Assembly (NCBI RefSeq): GCF_006345805.1
Contig: NW_021824898.1
Coordinates: forward strand, 1 to 18,013
Direction: 5' to 3'
Source of the DNA: Octopus sinensis
Lineage: Eukaryota
DNA length: 18,013 nt
Shown here in pieces: positions 8,740 through 18,013 of this stretch. Below the pieces are notes generated by a model. It saw only the letters and a list, made by a program, of their open reading frames with translations. It had not been told where the DNA came from and searched no databases. The position numbers were made by a program, and so were the translations under genes. How positions within the stretch are numbered: the first letter of the stretch is position 1; the number at the start of each line of letters is the position of its first letter.

Positions 8740-8928
8740 AAACCGGTGTTGGTGTGTTTATGTCGCCGTCACTTAACGGTTCAGCAAAAGAAACCGATAC
8801 AATAAGTTCCAGGTTTAAGAAAAAAATAATCCCTGGGGTGGATTTGTTCGACTAAAACCTTTCGAAACAGTGCTTCAGCTTGGTCGCAATCTAATGACTG
8901 ATACAAGTAAAAGAATAAAAGAATAAAC
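8740..8928 (+). mobile_element. SINE family A, 3' half
   Basis: AACCGGTGTTGGTGTGTTTATGTC.CCGT.ACTTA.CGGTTC.GCAAAAGA.ACCGATA..AATAAG...TGACTGA.ACAAGTAAAAGAATAAAAGAATAAA matches the 3' half of 11923-12334. Confidence 0.85.
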
Positions 8929-11922
8929 TGCCATTCTTGATACACCTGGAACTTGTATCTTAATTTAACCGGTTCATTGTATTCCTTCAATCTATAATGA
9001 GGAATGGATAAAGGCCATTCCTATAATTGGGTTTGAAAGATTGAAACCGTTCAGCTGACTTGTCTTAAATATGTAAGGACAAATTCTTCAACTGATGCAC
9101 TCATGACACAAGTCAAAAGTTTCTGAAATCTATGTAAATACATTGTTTTTATATTTCTTCTTTATGCTTTTTACTCTAATGTATTTTGGTTAGAAATTTA
9201 TTTTATACTGTAAACCAAGCATAACATGAAAGAAATTTCAGTTAATTTCCAGCTACTTTATAAGTACTACTATAGCTCTCATTATTTGCGTTGATTATAT
9301 ATATATATATTTTTTTTTTTTTTACCTTTTAAGTTTTGGAATTCGTTAACATTCAACGTGTTTTGTGATTAGAGTTAGTTCTGAAAGAAGCTATCAACTG
9401 AAATTCAATTGTACAGCAAACAGAATGGCGACATTTGCACGGTAATATATTTTCCTTTCCCTTACGTAAGAAACACAGACAAGAATTTAATCTAAACATT
9501 TCTCACTAAGAAATGTTCTGACTCCAACTAATTTATTGGTGTATTATTTACTTTTATTTGTTATTGTTTTCCAGATGATGACGACAATGCTGAAGTCTTA
9601 TAGATAAACAAATATTTTTTCTGTTCTCATGAAGCTGAACATTTTGGGGCGGGACAGAATCGTTAGAAGATGTAACGCCCATGTCATTGATATATCTGAC
9701 CAATTGTAGTTTAATTGGAGTAAAGACTAATATCTGTAATAATAAACAGGCCTTTTTACAAAGGATTCATTATTTAAATGCTAAATATCTTATCGAGATT
9801 GGTTGAAAACTTGATCCTGATCAAATCTTAACTCAAACCCAGAGGAAATTGGATAAAATCGTATACTCTTCTACTGGTGTGCCAGTGATACTGCTAAGGA
9901 ACCCTTTTTTGTGTCCTTTACATTTCTTCTTTATTTTTAATTTGTAATAAAACAATAAGATGAAAATTGAATTTCTTTCAGAGATCTAATTTACTGTTCT
10001 GATATTTAATTATAGATTTTGTATGGTAAAGTGGGTTAGTATCAAATTCCACCTCTGATAAGGCAGACTTCTAGAGATATGTATACCGGAAGATCTATTT
10101 CTTTCCAACGTCGCAAGGAAAAGAGAAACGTAGATTGACTTGTTCTTTACAGAAAGAGATAAAAACACCAGAAGTTATATAAATTTATAATCTATAGGCG
10201 ATACTTCAATACTTTATACTATCCGTCATTTTGCCTCAAAATTTAGATCCTTTACGCAAGATATTTGTTGCATTAACGGCTACAGAATTACTTTTTTTCA
10301 ATGACACGGATAGTGTTGATATTCTAAAACATAGTTGTTAAGTACATGACAAGAAATTGTGTGCATCTCAACTTATATCAAATTTTCCTTTACACTAAAT
10401 GAATGAATAATCATGTTTCGCATTTACGCAATGCCACGCATAATATAATGTTGAGAATCAAGTTGGTTCAAGTGATTACAATGCATTCTTGTTCCTTATC
10501 AACTTGTGTGAATACGTGGAAAGTATAACAAAAGTAAAAGTTTCGAGTATTTATTCTGTCACCCTAAGCATTCCACTACAATACTTTAAGCAGAAAATCT
10601 GATAATAACTAAGTTGGCTCAGCTGTTGATGTATTGAATGGTATATTATTCTTTGAAAACACAAGCATAATGATTGTGAATACTTTATGATAATTATAAA
10701 GAATGTAAAAGCAAATCTGAATTTTTGAAGTGTGCAGGTGGTTTCGAAATAATTATTTGTAGTTCATATTTCGAAACACACATCAAAAAATCAAATTTGC
10801 TTTTACATTCTTTATTATTATCATAAAATATTCACTATCATTATGGTTGTGTTATTGAAGAATAATATACCATTCAAGACATCAACAGCTAAGCCAACTC
10901 CGTTTTTATAAATCACTTACTCTTGACATTTTAAAAAAGTAAACGATTTAAAAATTCAAGTTTGCATTGATTTAGAAATGATTCATACATATATTAATGT
11001 GTCTGTGTATATGTGTTTCTACGCTTATTCATTCAAAAGTGACCTATATATTATTCAAAAATATTCGCATTATTATCGCATCATTAAGCTAACAATAAAC
11101 TTTAATTTTGTGATAAATAACAACCTGCAGTTTACTGGACCGATTATTGTATTTTCGTTTTAGAAATATTTGCATATCTAAGCGCAAATCTTTCCAACAA
11201 TTGCCCTTAAAAATAAATACTATCGAATTTTAAAATTTATATTTATAGAATTTAAGAAAATCCACTCAATCCTATTGGATTTTTAAGAGTATTATAAGTA
11301 GTCTTTCATGACAGGAACATTCTAACATTCAGTTAAATTTTCTACATTGTTTAGTGTGTGAGTATATTAATTTTAAAAATAGAAGCTACTTTCGTGACCC
11401 TTTTAACTTATTTCTGAAAATCAATAATGAAATCTTTGTTAGCGAAGTTTCAACTATTTTCATATTTAATATACGTATTACTACCTTTAGTTAAATCTTA
11501 TGAAATAGTTCTTTTTTATTCTTTATTATAAACCACCGCTCAACAGCACGATTGAGTTTAACTTGATCTTATTTTAGGTATGACAAAAGTAAATCCTTTT
11601 TACATTTTAACCAGGAAAAGATAAAAATACCTATTAAGCATAAAAATTATCTACAAGTGGTGAGAGTGATGAAGCTGATACTTAGTCTGAACTTTAATAA
11701 ACCATCATCTAAAGAATAATGTGGTAATGCAGTGGATTTCAGATCTCATCTCCGAGAAGGAATAATTTTGTAAGTCCTTAGTACAAAATATGCGATTCAT
11801 GAAGACATTTACGGTCCATGAGACTGTATGCTATGAAATATGCAATTTACGTAAATAGATATCAATTAATCAATGCAGATAAACAAATAAATATTCCTTG
11901 GCCATTCATGATCATATGCATA

Positions 11923-12334
11923 GGCGTAGGAGTGGCTGTGTGGTAAGTATCTTGCTTACGAACCACATGTTTCCGGGTTCAGTCCCACTGCGTGGCACCT
12001 TGGGCAAGAGTCTTCTACTATAGCGTCGGGCCGACCAAAGCCTTGTGAGTGGATTTGGTGAACGGAAACTGAAAGAAGCCTGTTGTATATATGTATATAT
12101 GTGTGTGTATATGTTTGTGTGTCTGTGTTTGTCCCCCCAACATCGCTTGACAACCGACGCTGATATGTTTATGTCCCCGTAACTTAGCGATTCGGCAAAA
12201 GAGTCCGATAGAATAAGTGCTAGGCTTACAAAGAATAAGTCCTGGGATCGATTTGCTCGACAAAAGGCGATGCTCTAGCATGGCCACAGTCAAATGTCTG
12301 AAACAAGTAAAAAAGTTAAAGAGAGTAAAGAGTA
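11923..12334 (+). mobile_element. tRNA-derived SINE family A, full length, best-preserved copy
   Basis: Pol III-like A box TGGCTGTGTGG and B-box-like GGTTCAGTCCC, an internal TA/TG microsatellite and a GTAAAAGAG-type repeated tail. Four other copies in the window align to it. No clear TSD. Confidence 0.9.
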
Positions 12335-12590
12335 TACGTTAATGCAAATTCAGATAGTTTGGATTTCAGATGGTATTTGTAATATTTCCGACTTTTCCAA
12401 GTACATTAATGTTGTGAGTGGATTATAAGAGCAGAAGTAGTAATAAAGGCCTAATATAATAGTCAGTTCACTTTGTACTTACTAAACTACGGCGCTTAAC
12501 ACTATATTGATATTGAATAAAACACATTTTAGAATAATGGTTTGTGTGCAATTGTGGTCCATTCTTCACATACGCATTCAATTCGATACA

Positions 12591-12816
12591 ATAGCTTAGT
12601 GGTTAAGATACTCGGCTCAGCTGGCAAAAATGAGATGTACCTGTAATTCAAAGGGCCAGCCTTTTCACATTGTGTCACTATGAATCTCCCGGAGAACTAC
12701 GTTAAGGGTACGCGTGTCTGCGAAGTGTTCAGTCACTTGCGCGTTAATTTCACGAAAAGGCTGTTCCATTGATCAGATCAACTGAAACCCACATCGTCGT
12801 AACCGACGGAGAGCCA
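12591..12816 (+). mobile_element. SINE family C, internally deleted
   Basis: A-box-like TAGCTTAGTGGTTAAG head joined to GAGAACTACGTTAAGGGTAC.CGTGTCTG...CGTTAATTTCACGA...GTCGTAACCGACGGAG, a body I recall as a common octopus SINE. Single copy here, so the call rests on recall. Confidence 0.65.
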
Positions 12817-14269
12817 GTAAGTAAACGTCTTCTAAGATTGTTTCAAAGTACCGTAATTCTGTATCTTTCACATTTAAAGGTCTTGCATTTGGTGATTATA
12901 ATGAGGATATTTTCTTAAGCTCTGTATCAATTACTGTGAATACGAGTAAAAGTCTATAACGACTAACTAGAATTGTATCACTCTGAGACATTTACAAAAG
13001 GAAAATTCATTAGGAAATGTTAACAAAGTAATGATCATATTTTCATATAAAATATATCCTTTATTATAAACTTTATTCATGAGACAAAACTTATGGATAA
13101 GTTTTAAAAGGTTTGTGTAAAATGCAGCAGGCTGTAAGTGAAAGGTCAATAGCTAGAAGCATTGTCTTCATTAAATGCATTTCTGCTACACATCGCTTAG
13201 ATATAATGTATTAAGAACTGACAACTAAAAGCTGAAAAGAAATGAAAATGGTAAAACAAATTTCTAAGTAGAAAATGGTTTTGCAGATCAAGAAGGAAGA
13301 AAACCATTTAATTCATTCTTTTTTCTTTTTATTTTTTTTACTTTACCATGATATTTGGAGATTGGCAATATTGAAACATGTTAGTGATGGCTCTTTAATG
13401 TCATCAAGTCTAAAACAGAAACTACATTTTCGTCTATACTATGGAAAATATGTGTGTTTATGTTAGGAAAGCGAGATGACTGAAGTAACCTTTGAAGAAA
13501 TCTAGTGAAGACTCGGTTTAAATCGAATACTATGTTTTCCTGTTACAGGATGTAAATTTTGTCCTCTGCAATAAACCTGACGACATGTGACTCAGATTTA
13601 ATTGAATGCAATATCCATATATATTTTTTGTCTGTAGCAGAGAAAATGGTGGCTGTCTGTTATAACCATTTATTGTTTGCTTAGCACAGAAGTGTGTGGT
13701 AATAATTTGGCTGGATGAATTAAATGTCAAGCCTATTTCCTCAACAGAACTAAAATCTTCTATAATATTTTTAGAAATGTTTTGACCACTACCTACTTAA
13801 TCAGAATATGAAATTTTGCAGTAGTTAACTGTCGAGACTTCCAGCTTTATTTTTTTTTATCTTCACGCTTTATGCTAACTTTTATTTTCATAACTGGAAC
13901 TAAAGAATAAATGAAATATGAGATAGCACTTTAGTTTACTTTATAATATTGTTAGAAGAGGAGATCGAACAGACATATAGTTCTATGTCCCAAAGTAAAA
14001 GATTAATATCAGTTCATATTATTCTCTTTTACAATGTTAGTAGCTCATAAAATTGTCACTTTTAGTATACCAGCTGCTCATAAAATCTGTTTGTCTTAAC
14101 CGGTAAGGAAGTGATGCATGCTTCGAGTCCACTCAGATTATTATTGTTGTTGTTGTTGTCTCAACTTGTTCCCTCTTTAACTCTTTTACTGGCTTCCTGC
14201 CGTTGGCTGTGAGCGTACTAGTCACTGACATTTACAAAGATATAATGTTTAATATTGCTTATATTGATC

Positions 14270-14474
14270 TCTGACTTGGCGCAAGATTACAAATGTTGCA
14301 TTAGAGGTATAGTCGATTAAATCAACATCAGCACTTTGCTAGTGCTTATTTAATCGACCCCAGAAGAATGAAAGGAAAAGTCAATCCCAGCGAGATTTCA
14401 ACATCGACCAAGAGCTGTAACTAAACAATAAAAGCAATTTAGTCTGGCGCATTCTCCATTTTGTTATCCGCCGC
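14270..14474 (-). mobile_element. SINE family B, degenerate
   Basis: GTCGATTAAATC..., ATCGACCCC.GAA.GA.TGAAAGG.AAAGTCAA is the reverse complement of the family B body at 1060 and 14978. Confidence 0.7.
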
Positions 14475-14677
14475 GCTGTAATTGTTTACATTAAAAATCG
14501 TTGTAATCTATTTATAATGTAATCATATATTTGGAGTTGAATTCTTTAATTCTAATCTATACATTAGGAACGGATGTGTTCTTACGTTCCTTTACGATTT
14601 CAAATACGGGTTATCAAAACTATATATTTATATATTGATTAAGGTTAAAGTATAACAATTAAATTATATATTGCATA

Positions 14678-14678
14678 C

Positions 14679-14711
<33 letters not shown>

Positions 14712-14801
14712 TATGCGTGCATATGAGCGTGTGTGTATATATATATATATATATATAGGTACATTCATGTATATCGTATTCATGTATAAATACATGTGCA
14801 T

Positions 14802-14844
<43 letters not shown>

Positions 14845-14977
14845 ATATTATATATATATATATATATACAGTCATATCACACACGCGCACTCACAAACAA
14901 GTATATAAATAATAATTATAGTTGTAGTTGGTATTATTATTATTGTTATTATTATGATTATTATTATCATTATTATT
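14678..14977. repeat. Compound microsatellite (TATG)n/(TA)n/(TAT)n
   Basis: Successive simple-repeat runs. Confidence 0.9.
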
Positions 14978-15151
14978 AGGGCGGTGACCTGGCAGAATCA
15001 TTAGCACGTCTGAGTTCAAATTGCACCTAAATCGACTTTGCCTTTTATCCTTTCAGTGTAGATAAATTAACAACCAGTTGAGTACTGAGGTCGACTTAAT
15101 CGACTAGTCCCCTCCCACCAAATTTCAGGCCCTGGACTTATAGTTGAAAGG
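14978..15151 (+). mobile_element. SINE family B with internal deletion and (ATT)n tail
   Basis: GGCGGTGA.CTGGCAGAATC.TTAGCACG joined directly to TCTGAGTTCAAATT. The segment between them at 1090-1130 is missing here. Followed by (ATT)n. Confidence 0.85.

Positions 15152-15192
<41 letters not shown>
15152..15192. repeat. (ATT)n microsatellite
   Basis: Pure ATT run between the SINE and the LINE 3' end. Confidence 0.95.
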
Positions 15193-15748
15193 GTTTGACT
15201 TTTTCTTTCTATTTGTACAAGCTGACTCCAAGTCTCACCCAGAGACCTCAAGAAACAACAAGTTAGAAGTTCAAGTTGGTATTATGCCTAAGGTGTCATA
15301 TATTTCGTTTTGCACATAGTATTGTTCTAGAGAATGTTTAAGAAAACATAAGATTATAAGTTTGTTTTAAAATTTGAGATTACATAGACAGTATTTTACG
15401 TATTTTACGTTTCCTGGTATCTGAGCTAGGTAGGAATTAGCTGCTTTTGCTATCATTTCTAGGGCACCTATGACAACAAGCATTGTTTTAGTCTTGAGGT
15501 TCCACATTTTGCCAATCTCTATTTCAAGATCTTTATACTTGCCCAGTTTTTGGTAAGTCTTAACAGATACACTTATGTCGATTGGGACAGTCGTATCAAT
15601 GAGGAGGCATAATTTTTGTCTGAAGTCTTTCAATATAATGTCTGGCCTATTCGCATCTATCTTTCTGTCAGTTTGAACGTTGAAGTTCCAGAAGAGTGGG
15701 ATGTGATCATTATCAAGCACTGGAGATGGTTTGTGTTCCCACCAGTTC
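15193..15748 (-). mobile_element. 5'-truncated R4/Dong-clade non-LTR retrotransposon (RLE domain + 3' UTR)
   Basis: Encodes WWEHKPSPVLDND..LFWNFNVQTDRKIDANRPDII..LLID..VP.D......K..KY.DL..EI..MW......VVIGAL, the PD-(D/E)xK restriction-like endonuclease typical of R2/R4/NeSL-group LINEs. Flanked on both sides by (TAA)n, the known target type of Dong elements. Confidence 0.85.
15367..15747 (-). pseudogene. Restriction-like endonuclease C-terminal fragment of LINE ORF
   Basis: Open frame NWWEHKP...QIPGN. A tandem 9-bp duplication (TATTTTACG x2, 15392-15409) disturbs the end; another frame gives RKILSM-stop, probably the true terminus. No RT domain is present. Confidence 0.8.
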
Positions 15749-15768
15749 TATTATTATTATTATTATTA

Positions 15769-15804
<36 letters not shown>

Positions 15805-15811
15805 CATTATT
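15749..15811. repeat. (TAT)n microsatellite
   Basis: TAT run at the truncated 5' end of the LINE. Confidence 0.95.
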
Positions 15812-16039
15812 TAAAACTGTTTGATTCGGCTTCATGCAACTTAAAGTTTCACGGACTCTAACAGAAAACTCTTCTCATTCGGACTTAGATTGCCGAAATC
15901 TTGGTAATGTAAGCCCAAACAAAACGGGTTCCTGCTAGAAGCCCGCGAAACTTCAAATCACATAGAACCGGATCAAACTGGTTTAAATAATAATACATGT
16001 AATTCCCCTAAATGTGCTGAGAGCCTTTTTCGTTTGTCC

Positions 16040-16310
16040 ACACACATGTACATGTGTAGTTATGTATATATGTATGTGTGTGTGTATATGTATACATATG
16101 TATATATATGTGTGTGTGTATGTGTGTAGAAAGGAATAGATAGATAGATAGATTGATATAGATTCATCCACACACATATATATACATATGTACACATATT
16201 TATGTACATGCTTACGCGTATATGTATGAATTTATGTGTGTGTGTGTGTGTAAGTGTGAGTGTGAGTGTGACTATGTGTGATTTTATATATGTGCTTGTA
16301 CGTGTATGAA
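16040..16310. repeat. Compound TG/TA/(TAGA)n microsatellite region
   Basis: Mixed simple repeats. Confidence 0.85.
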
Positions 16311-16550
16311 TCTGAATATAGATTTCTAATCTGGGCACAAAGCCAGAACTTTTGTGATGTACGACAAAATTGATTGAATCATTCCCAGTACATATCACGA
16401 GCTTATTTCTAACAGCCCTGCTAGATGGAAAAACAAGAACACTGAACTCCTACATGATTTGATCTGACACTATAAAGTGACTTAATTAGATACGGCGCAT
16501 AATTATTTCCGGTGGTCACACAATAGTTTTCTACGTATTCTGCTGTCTTA

Positions 16551-16650
16551 CTTCCTTAAAGAAACGAGAAACTCTAATTAGCGACAAGCCATTTTCGTTC
16601 TGAATGATAAAATCTTACCCTCACACACACGCGCACACACGCACATACAC

Positions 16651-16701
<51 letters not shown>

Positions 16702-16868
16702 GTCACAACACACATTTTTTTCTCTCCTTGTTTTTTCTCTGTCCCTTTCTGTAAAAGAGCGTAGGCTCGAAACGTAAAAGACTTTTTCTATTCCTGAGCG
16801 TTATACTAATACATCTGTTTGTTTTGTACACCACCTGTCTTTGTGTTTGTTTTTTCGTAAACTCTCCC
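16551..16868 (+). mobile_element. Unclassified repeat 3' fragment with hammerhead-like remnant (Penelope-like candidate)
   Basis: Internal (CA)n(TA)n, T-rich tract and GAGCGTAGGCTCGAAACGT motif, ending at (TA)n. I recall this as a recurrent octopus repeat end; the class is inferred and the 5' boundary is uncertain. Confidence 0.45.
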
Positions 16869-16899
<31 letters not shown>

Positions 16900-16925
16900 T
16901 ATATTATATATATATATATATATAA
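16869..16925. repeat. (TA)n microsatellite
   Basis: TA run with small interruptions. Confidence 0.95.
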
Positions 16926-16931
16926 TATAAA

Positions 16932-17683
16932 AATAAATGTTTTATATATAAAGAACGTGAAATACAGGAAGGGACAAACACGAACACAGACAAATCATTC
17001 GAAGCCTTCATCTTCAGTCAGATACCGAATCATCATAGCAAATTTCGGCTGTTCATTCTGATATTTGCTCCAACTCGGCCAGCCCCAAGAAAAAAAAACT
17101 AAGCTGTAAGCATTAGATTTCTTGGTAGAAACAGGAATTGAACGCACGAGACGGATGTAAATATGAAGACGAAAACGAAATTGAAAATGGTAACGGTTAA
17201 ACAAAATAATAAATATAACGGGTGGTTGTCATACGACTTTAGACCAAATGAGACAAAAACAACAAACATAGCAGCAGGCGTAGAAATAATTACCTCTTCG
17301 GTAGAGGGGGCAAATACAGATGTTGGCGAGATACGATCGCCAACGAAATGGTGGAGAAGCAGCAGGTTGCAGGGGAGAGAGAGAAAGAGAGACAGAGAGA
17401 GAGGGAATCAAAGAGGGTGGAAGGCAGGGGACAGAATCAGTCAGAGACCAAGAGAAAAAGAGAGAGAAGGGATTGAGGAGGATAGGAGGAAGAGGGGGGA
17501 AGAAAAAAGGGCGCCAAAATAGTTTGGTCAAGAAGCAATGGCGGGTAGGAAAGAGAAAGTATATAGAAGTCGTGCAGGGTTTAAAATTGGATAAACAAAC
17601 GGGGAGGTGCACGAAACGCCGCAATAATATAAGAATAAATGTTTTATATATAAAGAACGTGAAATACAGGAAGGGACAAACAC
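16932..17683 (-). mobile_element. Unclassified dispersed repeat, copy 2, with 50-bp terminal direct repeats (Penelope-like/retrozyme-like candidate)
   Basis: Exact 50-bp repeat at 16932-16981 and 17634-17683; inverted homology to 82-745; GA-rich tract at 17375-17500. Confidence 0.6.
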
Positions 17684-17792
17684 ATAAACAAACTTTGGAA
17701 GCGTCGAATATGTTTCATATTTACTGACAAGAAACTAATATTTTGAACGCAGTATAGCCGCAAAACCGCAATAGATTGAGATAGTCACCAGT

Positions 17793-17850
17793 GGGCCGTT
17801 TAGCTTAATGATAGAGTATTCAGCCGGTATCTGAGTGTTTTGAGTCCTGT
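17793..17850 (+). pseudogene. tRNA-like remnant (pseudo-tRNA or SINE head)
   Basis: TAGCTTAATGATAGAGTA resembles a D-arm/A box. TTCAG-CCGGTAT-CTGAG forms a 5-bp stem with a 7-nt loop. TTTGAGTCC resembles a decayed B box. The T-arm 5' strand is missing and there is no acceptor-stem pairing. Confidence 0.4.
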
Positions 17851-18013
17851 AGCTGTCTGCAGACAACTTCTTCCGTCTTATAAGAGGAAGGTAACCAATC
17901 TTTCGGCTGTTTTCACTACATTACGTCGAAATATTACTTTGTAAATATGTATTGATGCATGCATGTGTATATATACAATACATGAATACACATATATATG
18001 TATGCATATGTAT

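Noticed and set aside
11923-12010. tRNA-like heads at 11923, 7615, 1060, 14978 and 12591 as tRNA genes
   Set aside because: No complete cloverleaf, and each continues into a SINE body.
11956-12293. ORFs 11956-12153 and 12018-12293 (also 1048-1281, 7452-7697)
   Set aside because: Antisense readings of SINE copies.
12860-13720. Isolated acceptor-like sites with short frames (GLAFGDYNEDIFL.. near 12879; DVNFVLCNKPDD at 13549; RKWWLSVITIYCLLSTEVCG near 13640)
   Set aside because: No convincing paired donors or recognisable homology; expected by chance in AT-rich DNA.
651-16398. Many track ORFs rich in CV, YI, TH or SL dipeptide runs (e.g. 651-890, 1639-1896, 2479-2715, 5688-5930, 6878-7123, 7408-7656, 14671-14979, 15616-15861, 16060-16398)
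   Set aside because: They are translations of (TG)n, (TA)n, (CA)n, (CT)n and (TAT)n microsatellites, not genes.
14183-16410. Very degenerate SINE scraps at about 14183-14225 and 16322-16410
   Set aside because: Similarity is too weak by eye to annotate with coordinates.
17163-17727. ORFs of 119-135 aa on both strands
   Set aside because: Driven by the GA-rich tract; no GIY-YIG, RT or other domain motif.
1-18013. CRISPR array, rRNA, operon or other prokaryotic system
   Set aside because: No regularly spaced repeat-spacer array and no dense coding; the sequence is repeat-rich eukaryotic non-coding DNA.

Overview
AT-rich, microsatellite-dense eukaryotic DNA. The SINE families look like those I recall from octopus/cephalopod genomes; this is recognition from memory, not a database result. 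No intact protein-coding gene can be supported. The only recognisable protein remnant is the restriction-like endonuclease domain of a 5'-truncated R4/Dong-clade LINE (15193-15748, minus strand), embedded in (TAA)n. The rest comprises at least three tRNA-headed SINE families, an RTE-type 3' tail element, Helitron-like termini, two palindromic elements (2026-2852, 8559-8717) and several local duplications (3091-3966, 3941-4204, 5291-6884). Some duplications carry indel-type noise that suggests long-read assembly artefacts. The most interesting signal is a pair of diverged, oppositely oriented copies of one unclassified element at the two ends of the window (82-745, 16932-17683). They share a positionally conserved hammerhead-like motif (CTGARGA...CGAA) with a covarying hairpin. 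One copy is bracketed by an exact 50-bp direct repeat, and a third hammerhead-like remnant lies next to it, which suggests Penelope-like or retrozyme-like elements. Most ORFs in the supplied track are translations of microsatellites or SINEs.
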